Of a stretch of DNA of 57,330 nt, positions 10,607 to 20,600 are shown piece after piece. Each line of letters starts with the position of its first letter. The first letter of the stretch is position 1. The notes under the pieces are model-generated. The model did not search any database. It saw nothing but the letters and a program-made list of their open reading frames with translations, and was not told the DNA's origin. The stretch is from Prasinococcaceae sp. CCMP 1430 (Eukaryota > Plantae > Prasinodermophyta): positions 228,605 through 285,934 of the forward strand of contig RQSC01000001.1 in the NCBI GenBank assembly GCA_013416795.1, given 5' to 3'. A program made the translations under genes and the position numbers.

Positions 10607-12574
10607 ATGGCGGCCCTGTCGGCAGCCCGTGTGAGCCGCCGCGACCGCAGAGGGCCCCCTCTTCAGCGGCGGCGCTGCGCGGTCCTTCTTCCTGAGGCGC
10701 CGCCTGCCCCGGCGCGGCCGTCCGTGGCCATCGCGAGGCACGGCGCAGTGGTCACTCTGGACGCGCGGGGCGAGCTTTCTCGGCTGCACCACGACGCGCC
10801 GCCGCAGCGTGCGTGGGCGGCCGCGGCCGCCGACGCAGCAGACGCGCTGCAAGATGCATACGGCGCGCGGCTGTTCGCGGCGCTCGTGCGCGGCTCGGCG
10901 GCGCGCGGCGAGGCGGTCAGGGGCACGTCAGACCTGGACCTGGTAGCCGTGGTTGCGGGTGTGGGGGCGAGCGCCGAGCGGGACGCGGCGTGGGCGTCGG
11001 CGCTGGCATCCCAGCTCTCTGCACGCCACGTGCTGCTCGCTGCAAAGGTGGAGGTGCGCGTCGTGCGCGTGCCACAGGCGCAATGCTGTGCGCGGCTGCT
11101 GGCGACGAGCGTCCTTGGTGTGCCGCTCGCCATCGCTGCGGCCCGAGAGGCCTTCCCGGACGCGGGCGAGCGCTTTGTGCTGGCCGCGCAGTGCGTCCCT
11201 GCCGCGCGGCCGGGCTCTGCGGCTGCGTCCAAGGCCGCGCGGCTGCTCGCGGCGCTGCCGGAGGGCGACCAATGGCGTGCACCTCCGGAGCCGACAATAG
11301 CTCTGGCGAACTTGAGCGAGGGCGCACGCGAGCGCGCGGCACTGGCGGCGGCGGGCAGGGGCGACGGCGCAGCGGGGGCGTGGCTGGCGCGCCGAGCCGT
11401 GCGCGCGCTCGGCCGTGCGGCGCTCGCGCGCGAGGGCAAGTGGTCGGCGGGGCTCGTGCCCTGCGCGGAGGCAGCAGAGGCGACCGGGCTCGCAGCTGCT
11501 GAGGACCTCGACGCGGCGGTGTGCATGGCTCTCGCGCTGGCGTCAGACGCTCCGGGTGAAGGCGATGTCCGCGCGCTGCGAGCACTCGTGGATGCCGCCG
11601 CCGCCGCTGCCGCCCAGCTTGATGGCGGCACAGGAGCGCGTCATGGCGCCGCGAGCGTTGGCGGAACTCAAGCGGCGGCGCCGGACTGGCCCTCCACCGC
11701 GCCTGGGGCGCGCGCCTTCGCGGCAGCGCTCCTCGCAGCGGCGGGGCTGGACGCGCCCGCACCGGCGCGGCCGCCGCCGTTGCTCGGCGCGGGGGTGGCA
11801 GAGCAGCCGCTCGCCGAGTCAGCCGAGGCCGCTGGCGGCGGTGCGTACGTCCTGCGCGCCGCCGCCTCCGGTGCCGCGTTCGCCGCACCGCGCGAGTGGA
11901 GCTTCGCTTCGCTCGCGGCAGCCGGACTCCGCGGCTCGTCGCGGCGCAGTGCGACGCCAGACTTCACGTACTGCGAAGAGATGCACCCGGCGGTGGCGGC
12001 GGGCACTTTTGCTCCACCCAGCACGAGCCGCCCAATGTCGGCGCTCGAGTGGGCCGCCCGCGCCGCCCTTGGCGCACGAGAACGCGCGGCTGGGCCTTTC
12101 TACTACCTGCAAGCGGCGCTCACGGGCTCTCCTCTCGAAAGCGAGGCGGAGGCCGCCGCATCAGCTGCCGCCGCCGCCGCTAGGCTGCCAGGTGGGCGCG
12201 CGACGCAGCCCCCGCGCGCGTGGTGCAGCCGCGCGGGCTACGTCTCGACGCTGCACTACGACGCCAGCGACTCGCTCCTGATGCAGCTCCGAGGCAGCAA
12301 GACCATCGTCGTGTGGCCGCGCGCGGCGCTCGAGTCGCTGCGCCCTTACCCAGACTCCCATCCGCTGCGTCGACGCTGCCGCGCCGACCCGCGCCTCCCC
12401 GCGGGTGCGCCCGAGGGGGTTCCTGCGGGCGGAGCCGGCGGCCGCGTGGCGACGCTGCGGCCAGGCGACGTGGTGGTGCTGCCAGCGTGCTGTGCGCACT
12501 GGACGCGAAGCGACACGGCGGCCATCTCGCTCACGGCGCGCTTCGAGGCGGCGACGCCGGTGGACGGCGTTTGA
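10607..12574 (+). CDS. Fusion of a Pol-beta-fold nucleotidyltransferase, a helical domain and a C-terminal JmjC/cupin-8 2OG-Fe(II) oxygenase (655 aa)
   Basis: N-part VRGSAARG...SDLDLV (GS + DxD) and later KVEV; C-part LHYD...GSK...LRPGDVVVLP...AHW (HxD...H triad, 2OG Lys); single uninterrupted ORF. Confidence 0.8.
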   Translation: MAALSAARVSRRDRRGPPLQRRRCAVLLPEAPPAPARPSVAIARHGAVVTLDARGELSRLHHDAPPQRAWAAAAADAADALQDAYGARLFAALVRGSAARGEAVRGTSDLDLVAVVAGVGASAERDAAWASALASQLSARHVLLAAKVEVRVVRVPQAQCCARLLATSVLGVPLAIAAAREAFPDAGERFVLAAQCVPAARPGSAAASKAARLLAALPEGDQWRAPPEPTIALANLSEGARERAALAAAGRGDGAAGAWLARRAVRALGRAALAREGKWSAGLVPCAEAAEATGLAAAEDLDAAVCMALALASDAPGEGDVRALRALVDAAAAAAAQLDGGTGARHGAASVGGTQAAAPDWPSTAPGARAFAAALLAAAGLDAPAPARPPPLLGAGVAEQPLAESAEAAGGGAYVLRAAASGAAFAAPREWSFASLAAAGLRGSSRRSATPDFTYCEEMHPAVAAGTFAPPSTSRPMSALEWAARAALGARERAAGPFYYLQAALTGSPLESEAEAAASAAAAAARLPGGRATQPPRAWCSRAGYVSTLHYDASDSLLMQLRGSKTIVVWPRAALESLRPYPDSHPLRRRCRADPRLPAGAPEGVPAGGAGGRVATLRPGDVVVLPACCAHWTRSDTAAISLTARFEAATPVDGV

Positions 12575-12894
12575 ATGGGTCGCTTTTTCTGCGCGGGCGG
12601 ACGACGAGGCGCTCGGCAGCGCCCGCCGCACGCGCGTGCAGAGCGGCGCACGTCTCTTCATGCGCGCCCACCTCGACGTCGCCGAGCGGTGCAGAGGTCG
12701 TGGCATGCTGCTCTTTGGGTTTAATTACTGCAGTTGATTAATTAGCGCACGCTCCCGGGCGGCGCTGCCCACGGCGATGTCGCGCGACGCCCCCGGTCCA
12801 AGCCCGCGGGTACGTAAGGCACGCGTCGTACCCGACGTGTGCTGCCCGACGAGCTCAACCCTGACGAGGCCGTGCCTCTCGCGCGCTCGTGGGG

Positions 12895-14715
12895 TCACGC
12901 CATCGCCGGAACTGAGAGAGGTGCCACCGCACCCGCGTGTGCATGGAATGCACCGCTGTTATCTGCAGCTGTGCCGCTTTCTGTGCCCGCGGCAGAGTCG
13001 GGCGGAGCGATTGCACTGCCCCCGTCGGCGATGCTGGCGAGGGCTGTCCCTCCCGTCTTGGCGGCGCCGGCCGCGCTCGCGGCGTCGGTGGCCTCCTTGG
13101 CCGCTGCCACGCCATCTCTTTGGGTGCCCGCCCCGGTGGTTGGCAGCGCTCTCATGTGCTCTGGCGTATGCACTTGCCCGGCGGCTGTCCCGGCGGCGAG
13201 CGCCGAGCGGGCGGCGAGCGCCGTTCGCGCGGCCTTTACCTTGGCAGCGGCTGTGCCGGAATCGTTGCTGTTGCGCCGGGCGCTCTCCTTGCCCACTCCG
13301 AGGCCTGCCTGCTCGCGCTTGAGCAGGTAGGGCACGGGCAGGTTGTGCTGCGTGAAGGCCCGCAAGAAGATGTCCATCGGCAGCCCAAGCTCGTCCTTGA
13401 TGATAATGAGCAGCTTCTGAACGCCAGCGAAGTCAAGCTCGTCGCGGGTGATCGTGCCCGCGAGCGCGACGAGCTCTGCAAGGCCAAACTCGCCCCCGCT
13501 CTCGATGCACGAGCGCACCGCGAGCAGTATTTTCACCTCGCCGCTTGGCGCGGCCGCTCCCTGCCGCGGTGCTGCCCCGACCGCCGTCGCCAGCGCGTTG
13601 GAAAACGCCCCGTGCGGTCGGCGGTGCCCGCGCGCGTCGCCAGCGGAGATCGCCGCCGCGGCTGTGGGCGCACTCGCGAGCAATCTCGAGTACCACTTGT
13701 GCCTATCGACGGCGACGAGCTGCGCCTCTATGCGGTGGCGCTCCGCCTCGAGCCGCCAGCGCTGCGCGTCGAAGCCAGCGGTGCCCCTCACCGCAAAGCT
13801 CTTGAACTTGCGCTTGTACGTCGCGACGCGCTCGGCCTTGCACTTGGCGAGGGCCGCGCCCAGCCGCATGTCCTGCTCGGCGCACGCGCGCTCCCACTCG
13901 TAGAGCCTGTCCGTGATAGCAGCGGCCGGATCCATCCGGATCTTTGTCGCGGCCGGAGGCGGCGCGCCAACGACGTGCGACTCACGCGCATGCGCGTCAC
14001 CACGCGCATTTGCCTGCGGCGCGTGCCGACCCTGTCCGCTGGGTGCCGTGCGCGCAGCAGCACGAGGTGTGCCGCCTTGGGCGCCGGCCTTTCCGGCGAG
14101 TTTTGGGAGCGCGAGGCGCGTGTCGAACCGCACGGGCCGCCACTGCGGGCGCGCCGCGCGGCGCGCCTCCTCGCGCGCCTCGGCGAGTTCGAGCTTTCGC
14201 GATATCGCACTAAAGGACGCGCCCGCGCGGCAGCCGCGCACGCGCTGCCGCGACATGGCGACCTGCGCGCGCAGGGCGCGATGACCCTCGCGCAGCACGC
14301 CGGGCTCGTCGGCAGCGCCAGCGGCGTCTGTACCCACCTCGCCCTGTGCGCCGTGTGGCGGCGATGTGTCGGCATTTGAGCGGCGGCCTACGGTGGACGA
14401 CAGCCCGCCGGCGGCGCCCGCACCGGCCCCCGCCGCGCCGCCTCCCACTGCGCCACCGGCATACGCGCTGCCAACGCCGCCGAGGCTGAGCGCATGGGCG
14501 CCCCCCCCCCCTGCGGCTGCGGCGCTCAGCAGGGGCGGCGGCTCCAGTTTCTCGCGTTCAAGGTCGGGCTGCCCCAGCGGTTGGTACGGCTTGTGACGTT
14601 CCGACGCCCACCCGCACTTGAAGGGCGCGGCGGCTGCGCTGGCGCGGCCAGGTGCTGAGAGGCCCGCGGCGCCCGCGGCGGGCCCCGTGGCCGCTGCAGT
14701 GCGGCGGCCGACCAN
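12895..14715 (-). CDS. Hypothetical protein, 5'-partial (frame open up to the N at 14715)
   Basis: Frame of ORF 12895..14448 continues without stop to codon NTG at 14715; globular-looking core HKWYSRLL...EVKILLAVRSCIESGGEF...QHNLPVPYLL flanked by low complexity. Confidence 0.65.
   Translation of the reverse strand, partial: XVGRRTAAATGPAAGAAGLSAPGRASAAAAPFKCGWASERHKPYQPLGQPDLEREKLEPPPLLSAAAAGGGGAHALSLGGVGSAYAGGAVGGGAAGAGAGAAGGLSSTVGRRSNADTSPPHGAQGEVGTDAAGAADEPGVLREGHRALRAQVAMSRQRVRGCRAGASFSAISRKLELAEAREEARRAARPQWRPVRFDTRLALPKLAGKAGAQGGTPRAAARTAPSGQGRHAPQANARGDAHARESHVVGAPPPAATKIRMDPAAAITDRLYEWERACAEQDMRLGAALAKCKAERVATYKRKFKSFAVRGTAGFDAQRWRLEAERHRIEAQLVAVDRHKWYSRLLASAPTAAAAISAGDARGHRRPHGAFSNALATAVGAAPRQGAAAPSGEVKILLAVRSCIESGGEFGLAELVALAGTITRDELDFAGVQKLLIIIKDELGLPMDIFLRAFTQHNLPVPYLLKREQAGLGVGKESARRNSNDSGTAAAKVKAARTALAARSALAAGTAAGQVHTPEHMRALPTTGAGTQRDGVAAAKEATDAASAAGAAKTGGTALASIADGGSAIAPPDSAAGTESGTAADNSGAFHAHAGAVAPLSVPAMA
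14715..14715. other. Single-N scaffold join
   Basis: N in sequence; a minus-strand gene and a plus-strand fragment both lose their 5' ends here. Confidence 0.8.
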
Positions 14716-14909
14716 GCGACGACAGCGACGAGAGCGACGAGAGCGAAACCGACTCGGACGACGATGCTGTTGCCGTCGCCGACTTCGAGGCCAACGTGCG
14801 CGGGCATAGGGTGGGCGCGCGCGGGCGCGCGTCGCACGCCTCTGGCGCGCGCCAACGGGCGCGAGGGAGAGAGCGGCGTAGGCCGCCGCTCATTCCCTGT
14901 GGGCAGTGA
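14716..14909 (+). CDS. Probable 3' fragment of a gene with an acidic tract (DDSDESDESETDSDDD...)
   Basis: Acidic coding-like frame starting at the N and ending at TGA 14907-14909. Confidence 0.35.
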
Positions 14910-15044
14910 TAGGCGCGGGCGCGCCACACGGCGCACAGGCGCAGCAGTGGCGCAGGGTCGCGGCGAAGGCCGGGCTGGCGGCGCGCGCGCGCGCGCGCCG
15001 CCGCCGCCCGAGCATCCGCCCAAGCAAGCAGGTCCGGGTGCGAC

Positions 15045-16259
15045 ATGCCGCCGCTGGGATCGGTATCGGCGGGCGATGACGTCGACATGCCTGCCTACAT
15101 CTTCGACGCGCCGGGTGTCAAGGGTGTGAAGGGGCGCTGGAGCTTCCAAGTGTACGGGACGACCTGGCGCACCGCGCGCGTCGCGGGCAAGGTTCTCGGC
15201 AAGACGAAAGTCGCCGGCAAGCCCGCGTCCAATGGCGCGGGGGTGCTATGGGACGTGGAGTTCAGCGATGGAGTAGTCATGGCGGTGAACGACAAGGACC
15301 TTCAAGTGCTCGACGCAGGCAGAGCAAGGCCCGCGAGCAAGGCGGCGCCTTCACCCGCGAGCAAGACGGCCCCCGCAGAGGCTGCCTATAAGGACAGGGA
15401 ACGTCGGGATCGTGGCGCGAGGGCAGCACGGAGGACAGGCGGCAAGGTGGCGCCACTGCCCGCACGCCAAGGGGCGCCATCGCCCGCGAGCAAGCAGCGA
15501 TCGCCCATGAGCCAGGAGGCGCCGTCACTCGCGAGCAAGCCGGTGTCATCGCTCGTGAGTGAGATGGCGCAGTCGCCCGCGAGCAAGGTGAGGCCTTCTG
15601 GTTTTGTCGGCAAGGGCAAGGTGCAGCGGGACGGCGACGCGAGAGCAGCACGGAGGACGGGCGGGGCGGGGAGAGGACGAGCGGCCGCTGCGGCGGATGC
15701 GCGGCCGTCAAGGCCTGCGGGCGTGTCGAAGGAGAGGGGGGATTGCCTGCCTTCGAAGGTGGTGGGCGTGCCTCGGCGCGCGCCAGCCAAGGCGAGCGCT
15801 GGTGCGTCGCTCGAGGAGCGCTACCGCGCCGCCCTGGCCGCCGCAGAGCACGCAGACAGGCAACGCCGCGCCGCAGAGGCGCTCCTTGAGCAGGCGCGGG
15901 CTGAGGCCGACGAGCTTGAGCAGCGCATTATGAGCACCAGTGCTGCGTGCGGCACGTGCGGTGGCATGCTGTGGAGGGCGGCCCCTGTGGGCACTCGGGG
16001 TGAGCTCCGCGGCGGCTGCATGGTGTGCCGTGGGCTCGCGTGCACCACATGCCACGATGTGGCCGAGAGCGGCACGACTGGCGCAATGCTCGTTTGCGTG
16101 GCGGGCGGGTGCCGCAGAGACCTCGACGCTGCTGATGCGGCCTACGATGAGATGGCCTTCGAGAATGGTTGGGACCGCGACGCGAGCGGAACGGTGAAGC
16201 CCAAGAGCCTCGTCGATCGCGATGTGTACGTCAGGGGCAAGCTCACCGCCGGCCCGTGA
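15045..16259 (+). CDS. Hypothetical protein: beta-rich N-terminal module, S-P-A-S-K repeats, coiled coil and Cys-rich C-terminus (404 aa)
   Basis: ATG-initiated ORF; CxxC...CxxC...CxxCH...C cluster; DNA repeats of CCCGCGAGCAAG. Confidence 0.6.
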   Translation: MPPLGSVSAGDDVDMPAYIFDAPGVKGVKGRWSFQVYGTTWRTARVAGKVLGKTKVAGKPASNGAGVLWDVEFSDGVVMAVNDKDLQVLDAGRARPASKAAPSPASKTAPAEAAYKDRERRDRGARAARRTGGKVAPLPARQGAPSPASKQRSPMSQEAPSLASKPVSSLVSEMAQSPASKVRPSGFVGKGKVQRDGDARAARRTGGAGRGRAAAAADARPSRPAGVSKERGDCLPSKVVGVPRRAPAKASAGASLEERYRAALAAAEHADRQRRAAEALLEQARAEADELEQRIMSTSAACGTCGGMLWRAAPVGTRGELRGGCMVCRGLACTTCHDVAESGTTGAMLVCVAGGCRRDLDAADAAYDEMAFENGWDRDASGTVKPKSLVDRDVYVRGKLTAGP

Positions 16260-16726
16260 TCGGAGTGCGCGGAGCATCTCTGAGCGACGGTCGTTCCCGC
16301 ATGGCGATGGACGCACTGCGCACTGTATTCAAATATGTATGTGTACACCGATGTCGCAAAGCCCTTGACATGAGGCAGGCCCCCTTGCGAGAATGCAACG
16401 GAGCCGCGGTGGCCAAGCAAGGGGGGCGCGAGATCGCGCCGCGCTGCGTCGGGGCGCGCACTGACGGGCGCAGACGCGGCCTGTTCGTGAGCTTAGTTAG
16501 CTGAGCACCTGTCTAGCTACCTGCTGTGCGCAGCTCCGGCGCGAGCCGCTGCGCGTCGTCCGGCGGCGGCGGCCGCCCCCGCTTCGAGCAGCGCGGCTGC
16601 CATGACCCTCTGCTATCGACCTCACCACGTCGGTGCGTTGCATGCAGCTTGAATCTCGCACAGTACCCAGCGGCAGTGCCACGAGGAGTGGCCAAAGGTG
16701 ACCAAAGTATAGACGGCGGGCACGTG

Positions 16727-17315
16727 CTACTTGTCCTTTCCACCCTGGTCGGACGCGGCGTTGGCGAGCGCCATGGCCATCCCTGCCTGCGCCACAGCCT
16801 GGAAGATGCACACCTCCTTTGGCATGGCGCCAGTGACATGGCCCACGCCGTGCATCGCTGCTCCCGAGGCCCACATGGCCGCGTGGGCGTTCAAGCCATC
16901 CTTGACATTCTTCTCGGCGCAGTCGGTCATGACACCGCTCAGGATCGCGTAGTTGAGGCACGACAAGCCGAACCACCTGAAGAGCATCTTCGCGTCCACG
17001 TCGGGCTCCTCCTGGACGTTCTTGTTCTCAGACACCGGGCCCCAGCCGCCTCGCACGAAGATTTTCTGCCGCGCGGCGGCAAGAGTGGAGGCAGGCAGGG
17101 CGCGAGGTGCGCATCGCGCGCGTCAGCGAATGCGCCGACGTGTCAGGACTTCTCTGACATCGGGCGTCGTGCTCGCTCGCGCGCGACCGCGTGCACGCGC
17201 GAGGACTCGTACGTACGTACGCCAGCTTGGGCACTGCCACGAATGCGACGCCGTACGCGCCAAGGCTGACTATGCTCACGCACAGCAGCTTGTTGCAGTC
17301 ACTCGACGGCGCCAT
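16727..17315 (-). CDS. Small membrane protein (~145 aa); exons 17315-17217 and 17065-16727
   Basis: Phase-0 GTACGT...GGCAG intron joins VPKLAY|KIFVRGGWG; several hydrophobic segments; family unknown. Confidence 0.6.
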
Positions 17316-18710
17316 GGTGGTGAGGATGAGCGGGCGGGCGCAGCGCTGCACCTGTCAACTCGCGGCAGCCTGCAGACCCAGAGGGCGGCGCAAGAGCCGT
17401 GCGGGGGTCAGCGAGCGCTCGTGCGCGGCGTGCGTGCGAGGTATGGCGGTGCGCCTGGTTCCCGCCATTTGTGTGGGCGTCAGAACGGGAGGGGGGGGTG
17501 TCTTGCGGCGGGTCGGCGGTTTTTTCCGGCCGTGCCGCCATTGCCCGCACATGGGCTGCATCGCCGTAGAGCAATCGCATGTCTGACGTGGCGTGCGGAA
17601 GTGAGCACCAAAATGCATACAATGCGTGGGTCGTGCCTGCACTTCGCGTATCGATCTCGATAGCGGCGCCTGCAGGAGTCTGCTGCAGCAGTCACTCCTT
17701 GGGAGTATGCGCCATCGCTGGACTGGCTGACAGTGCGCATGTGACACAGCTGAGGTGATGGGATCGGAACGATCGGCACCCTCATCAGGCGCCTCGCCGA
17801 ATCGCCCAAAAGCGAGCCGCACACGCGCACACGCGAGGACGCGCACTCTGCTACACTGCCGCCTTTGTTCTCAGTATGATACTGCGCCCCACGGGCCGCG
17901 TCAGGCAGCTTCCCGGCGCCAGCGAGCGTGCGGCCCGCACTCACACGTTGCCCCCGCGCCGCGGCACGCCTCGTGACGCCACGCACTTTTTCGGCGACAC
18001 GTGTCAGGTGAGGCCTGAGTGCAAGGCCTGCCGAAGGGCCCCCCCTTTACCGGTGACGTGCGGTCTGTGGGACCCCACCCGACCCAACGGTGCGCGGCGG
18101 CGCATTGTCGCGAGGCGGAGAAATCGCGCGCGCGCCCACTCGAGACGGATCGACAGCAACAACAAAAGAAAACGTGCGTTTTCAATTTCTGTGGGCGCCG
18201 CCGCGGAGGACAGCGGCCGAAGGGTGCGCGGCAGCGCTCGCGCGCCCCCGCCGTCCGGCCGAGCTGTACACCGGCGTGCGCCCCCGTGCGCGCTCATCAA
18301 ATCGAACACGGGGGAGCTTGCGTGAGGCCACCCCGGGGGAGCGCGCGCGCGAGTGCGCAAACGCGCACGAGCGCGATCGCGCGCACGCGCGCCGCGGAAA
18401 CGAGGGGAGGGGGGGGGAACGCGAGGCGCTTCCGGGCGGCGGCGCCGACTCTCTAGCTAGCTAGAGGGAAGGAGGGGAGGGGGGGGCGCTGGAGACGGTG
18501 CGGTGGATGCCAGGGTGAAGGAGAGGTCAAGGGAAGGGAGGAGGAGGGGCCACAGGGCGCGCGCGAGGCAGTGTCGGCGGGGGTGGGCGCGTCGCGAACG
18601 CGGACCAACCGGGCGCGCGGACGGCCGTGGGGCCCTCCATCAGGAACACGCGAGCGCACAGGCGCGTCGAAGCCGGACAGCACAGCGCACCGGCTCTCTA
18701 CGAGGGCGGG

Positions 18711-20300
18711 ATGGCGCGTCTGCCCGTGCGGCCGCCCGCGACGCCCGCGCGGGGCCGGTCGGGCAGGCGCAAGACCAAGGCGCGCGAGCCTGCCGAGGCG
18801 CAGCGCCGCGCGGTGTCGTTCTCGGCGGGCACAAAGCCGCCGGCGGCGGCCGGAGGAGTGGGCGACAGCAGCAGCGGCGGGCCGCAGGGGCATCGCGCGG
18901 AACGGCCGTCCTCGCGAAATGGCAGCCCCGCCCCGGGCACGCCGCGCCTGCGGTGGACGCCCTCGGCCCAAGGGCTCAACCAGCTGCTGGTCGCGCACAC
19001 CGCCGGCAACAACAATGCCGCGCCCGTCGACATGGGAGCGCCGGTTTGGACGGACGGTGGCAAGGCGCGCGCCCCGGGGCGCGCGATTCGCGAGGATGCG
19101 CCGCCGCGGAGCGAGACGTGGGCGTGCGAGGCGTGCTGCGGCGTGCCCTCGCGCGCAGAGGTCTACTGCGCGGCATGCGGCCTCTGTCTGTGCACGCGCT
19201 GCGACGCTATGGCGCACGACGCGCGCCTCGCAGCAGAGGGCAGCGATACCCACCGGGGCGACGGGATATTGGACGACGCGACGGGTGCCAGTGCCGAAGG
19301 CGACGCGCAGCAGCTGCGGCAGTCCCGTCAGCAGCATCAAAATGCGCGTTGGCGCATTGGCGAGCTGCTCGAGGGGGGGTCGCCCCGCGCGCTCGCGCAG
19401 CGCGAGGCGCGAGGCGCGCTGGTCGCTAAGCTGTGCGATCAGTCTCCGCGCGGTGCCCCCACCACCACCGCAGCGGGCTATCGTGCAGGCGATCAGCTGG
19501 TGGCCACGGCAGTCGCAGGAGGCATCTCGAGCGGCGAGCTGTGCGAGCTTGCTGGCGAGCTTGAGAGCGTGCTGCGCGCGCGCGCGACCGAGTCGGCCAA
19601 TCACGGAGGAGCAGACGGTGTCGTCGTCTGTGGCGACGACGCAAGCGCCGCCGCCGGCACCGCCGATAGCAGCGCCTTCGAACCGACCGACGTGACAACC
19701 ACCGACCCGCTGACGGACCCGTTGCTCACCAAGCGCTGGGCGCTCTATCTCGAAGGCGACAGCGCGGGCGCGGCGGAGGAGGCCAGCGCGTTGCGCGCGC
19801 TTGAAGAGCGCCCGCCGAGTTCTTCAGCCGCCACTCCAAGGCGTCGCGACGGCCTCAAACGCACCTTCAGCACGTGGTCAGTGTCCACTGTCGCCACGCA
19901 GGAAGCGAAGGACAGCGCCCCTGCTGACGCGCAGGCGTCCTACCCAGAGGCAGCCGCGGCGATCGAGGAGGGCGACGACGCTGTGACGGCCATCGAGGGT
20001 GTCGACGGGTCGATGCGTGCAAAGCGAGGGTCGTCCACGCGAGGCACCGGCCAGCAGAACGCGCCCGACGCGCCGCAGCGAAGGGTCAATGGCGGCCCGC
20101 CACGAGCGAAGCGCAGGCGGAAGGGCAGGAACGACGACGGAGGCGACCACGCCAGCCCGCGCGCGGCAGCGGTCGGTGGGGGGGATGAGGCAAGGCGGGA
20201 ACCCAGCGATAGGCTCCAGGTCGAACTCGTCGCGATGCGCCCTTCGCGTCCAGCACGGCGCGTGCGCTCGCCTCGCGCCCGTGCGCGGCGTGGGGCGTAG
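18711..20300 (+). CDS. B-box zinc-finger protein, otherwise largely disordered
   Basis: CEAC...VYCAACGLCLCTRCDAMAH fits the B-box C/H spacing; ATG at 18711 is in frame with ORF 18627..20300. Confidence 0.65.
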   Translation: MARLPVRPPATPARGRSGRRKTKAREPAEAQRRAVSFSAGTKPPAAAGGVGDSSSGGPQGHRAERPSSRNGSPAPGTPRLRWTPSAQGLNQLLVAHTAGNNNAAPVDMGAPVWTDGGKARAPGRAIREDAPPRSETWACEACCGVPSRAEVYCAACGLCLCTRCDAMAHDARLAAEGSDTHRGDGILDDATGASAEGDAQQLRQSRQQHQNARWRIGELLEGGSPRALAQREARGALVAKLCDQSPRGAPTTTAAGYRAGDQLVATAVAGGISSGELCELAGELESVLRARATESANHGGADGVVVCGDDASAAAGTADSSAFEPTDVTTTDPLTDPLLTKRWALYLEGDSAGAAEEASALRALEERPPSSSAATPRRRDGLKRTFSTWSVSTVATQEAKDSAPADAQASYPEAAAAIEEGDDAVTAIEGVDGSMRAKRGSSTRGTGQQNAPDAPQRRVNGGPPRAKRRRKGRNDDGGDHASPRAAAVGGGDEARREPSDRLQVELVAMRPSRPARRVRSPRARARRGA

Positions 20301-20532
20301 TGCACGAGTGGCGAGCATTTCAATTTTTTTAAATGAGAAAAGCGATATATATCATGAGAATGTACGGTGGGCTTGGAATGTTGCGAAATTGTGCGGTGGG
20401 CATTGAATGTTGCGACGGATGGCCACTGGTGCGCTCCGGGCGGCACGCCGGGTGCGCTCAGCGTCTGCGCGCTGGGGGCTGTTGGGCCCGCAGGCTGGTC
20501 CGCAGCACGTACCACTGCTCGTCGCGCGCGCG

Positions 20533-20533
<1 letters not shown>

Positions 20534-20564
<31 letters not shown>

Positions 20565-20584
20565 GGGGGGGGAGGGGGGGGGGG
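20534..20584. repeat. Poly-G tract just upstream of the sulfotransferase ATG
   Basis: About 50 nt of almost pure G (two interruptions). Confidence 0.9.
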
Positions 20585-20600
20585 AAGGGAGCATACGGGA

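Noticed and set aside
17355-18460. Gene between the small membrane protein and the B-box gene
   Set aside because: Several short ORFs, none with a recognisable motif or consistent codon bias.
20534-20584. Functional G-quadruplex in poly-G tracts (also 34899-34946)
   Set aside because: Cannot be separated from sequencing or assembly poly-G artefacts; one tract contains a contig join.
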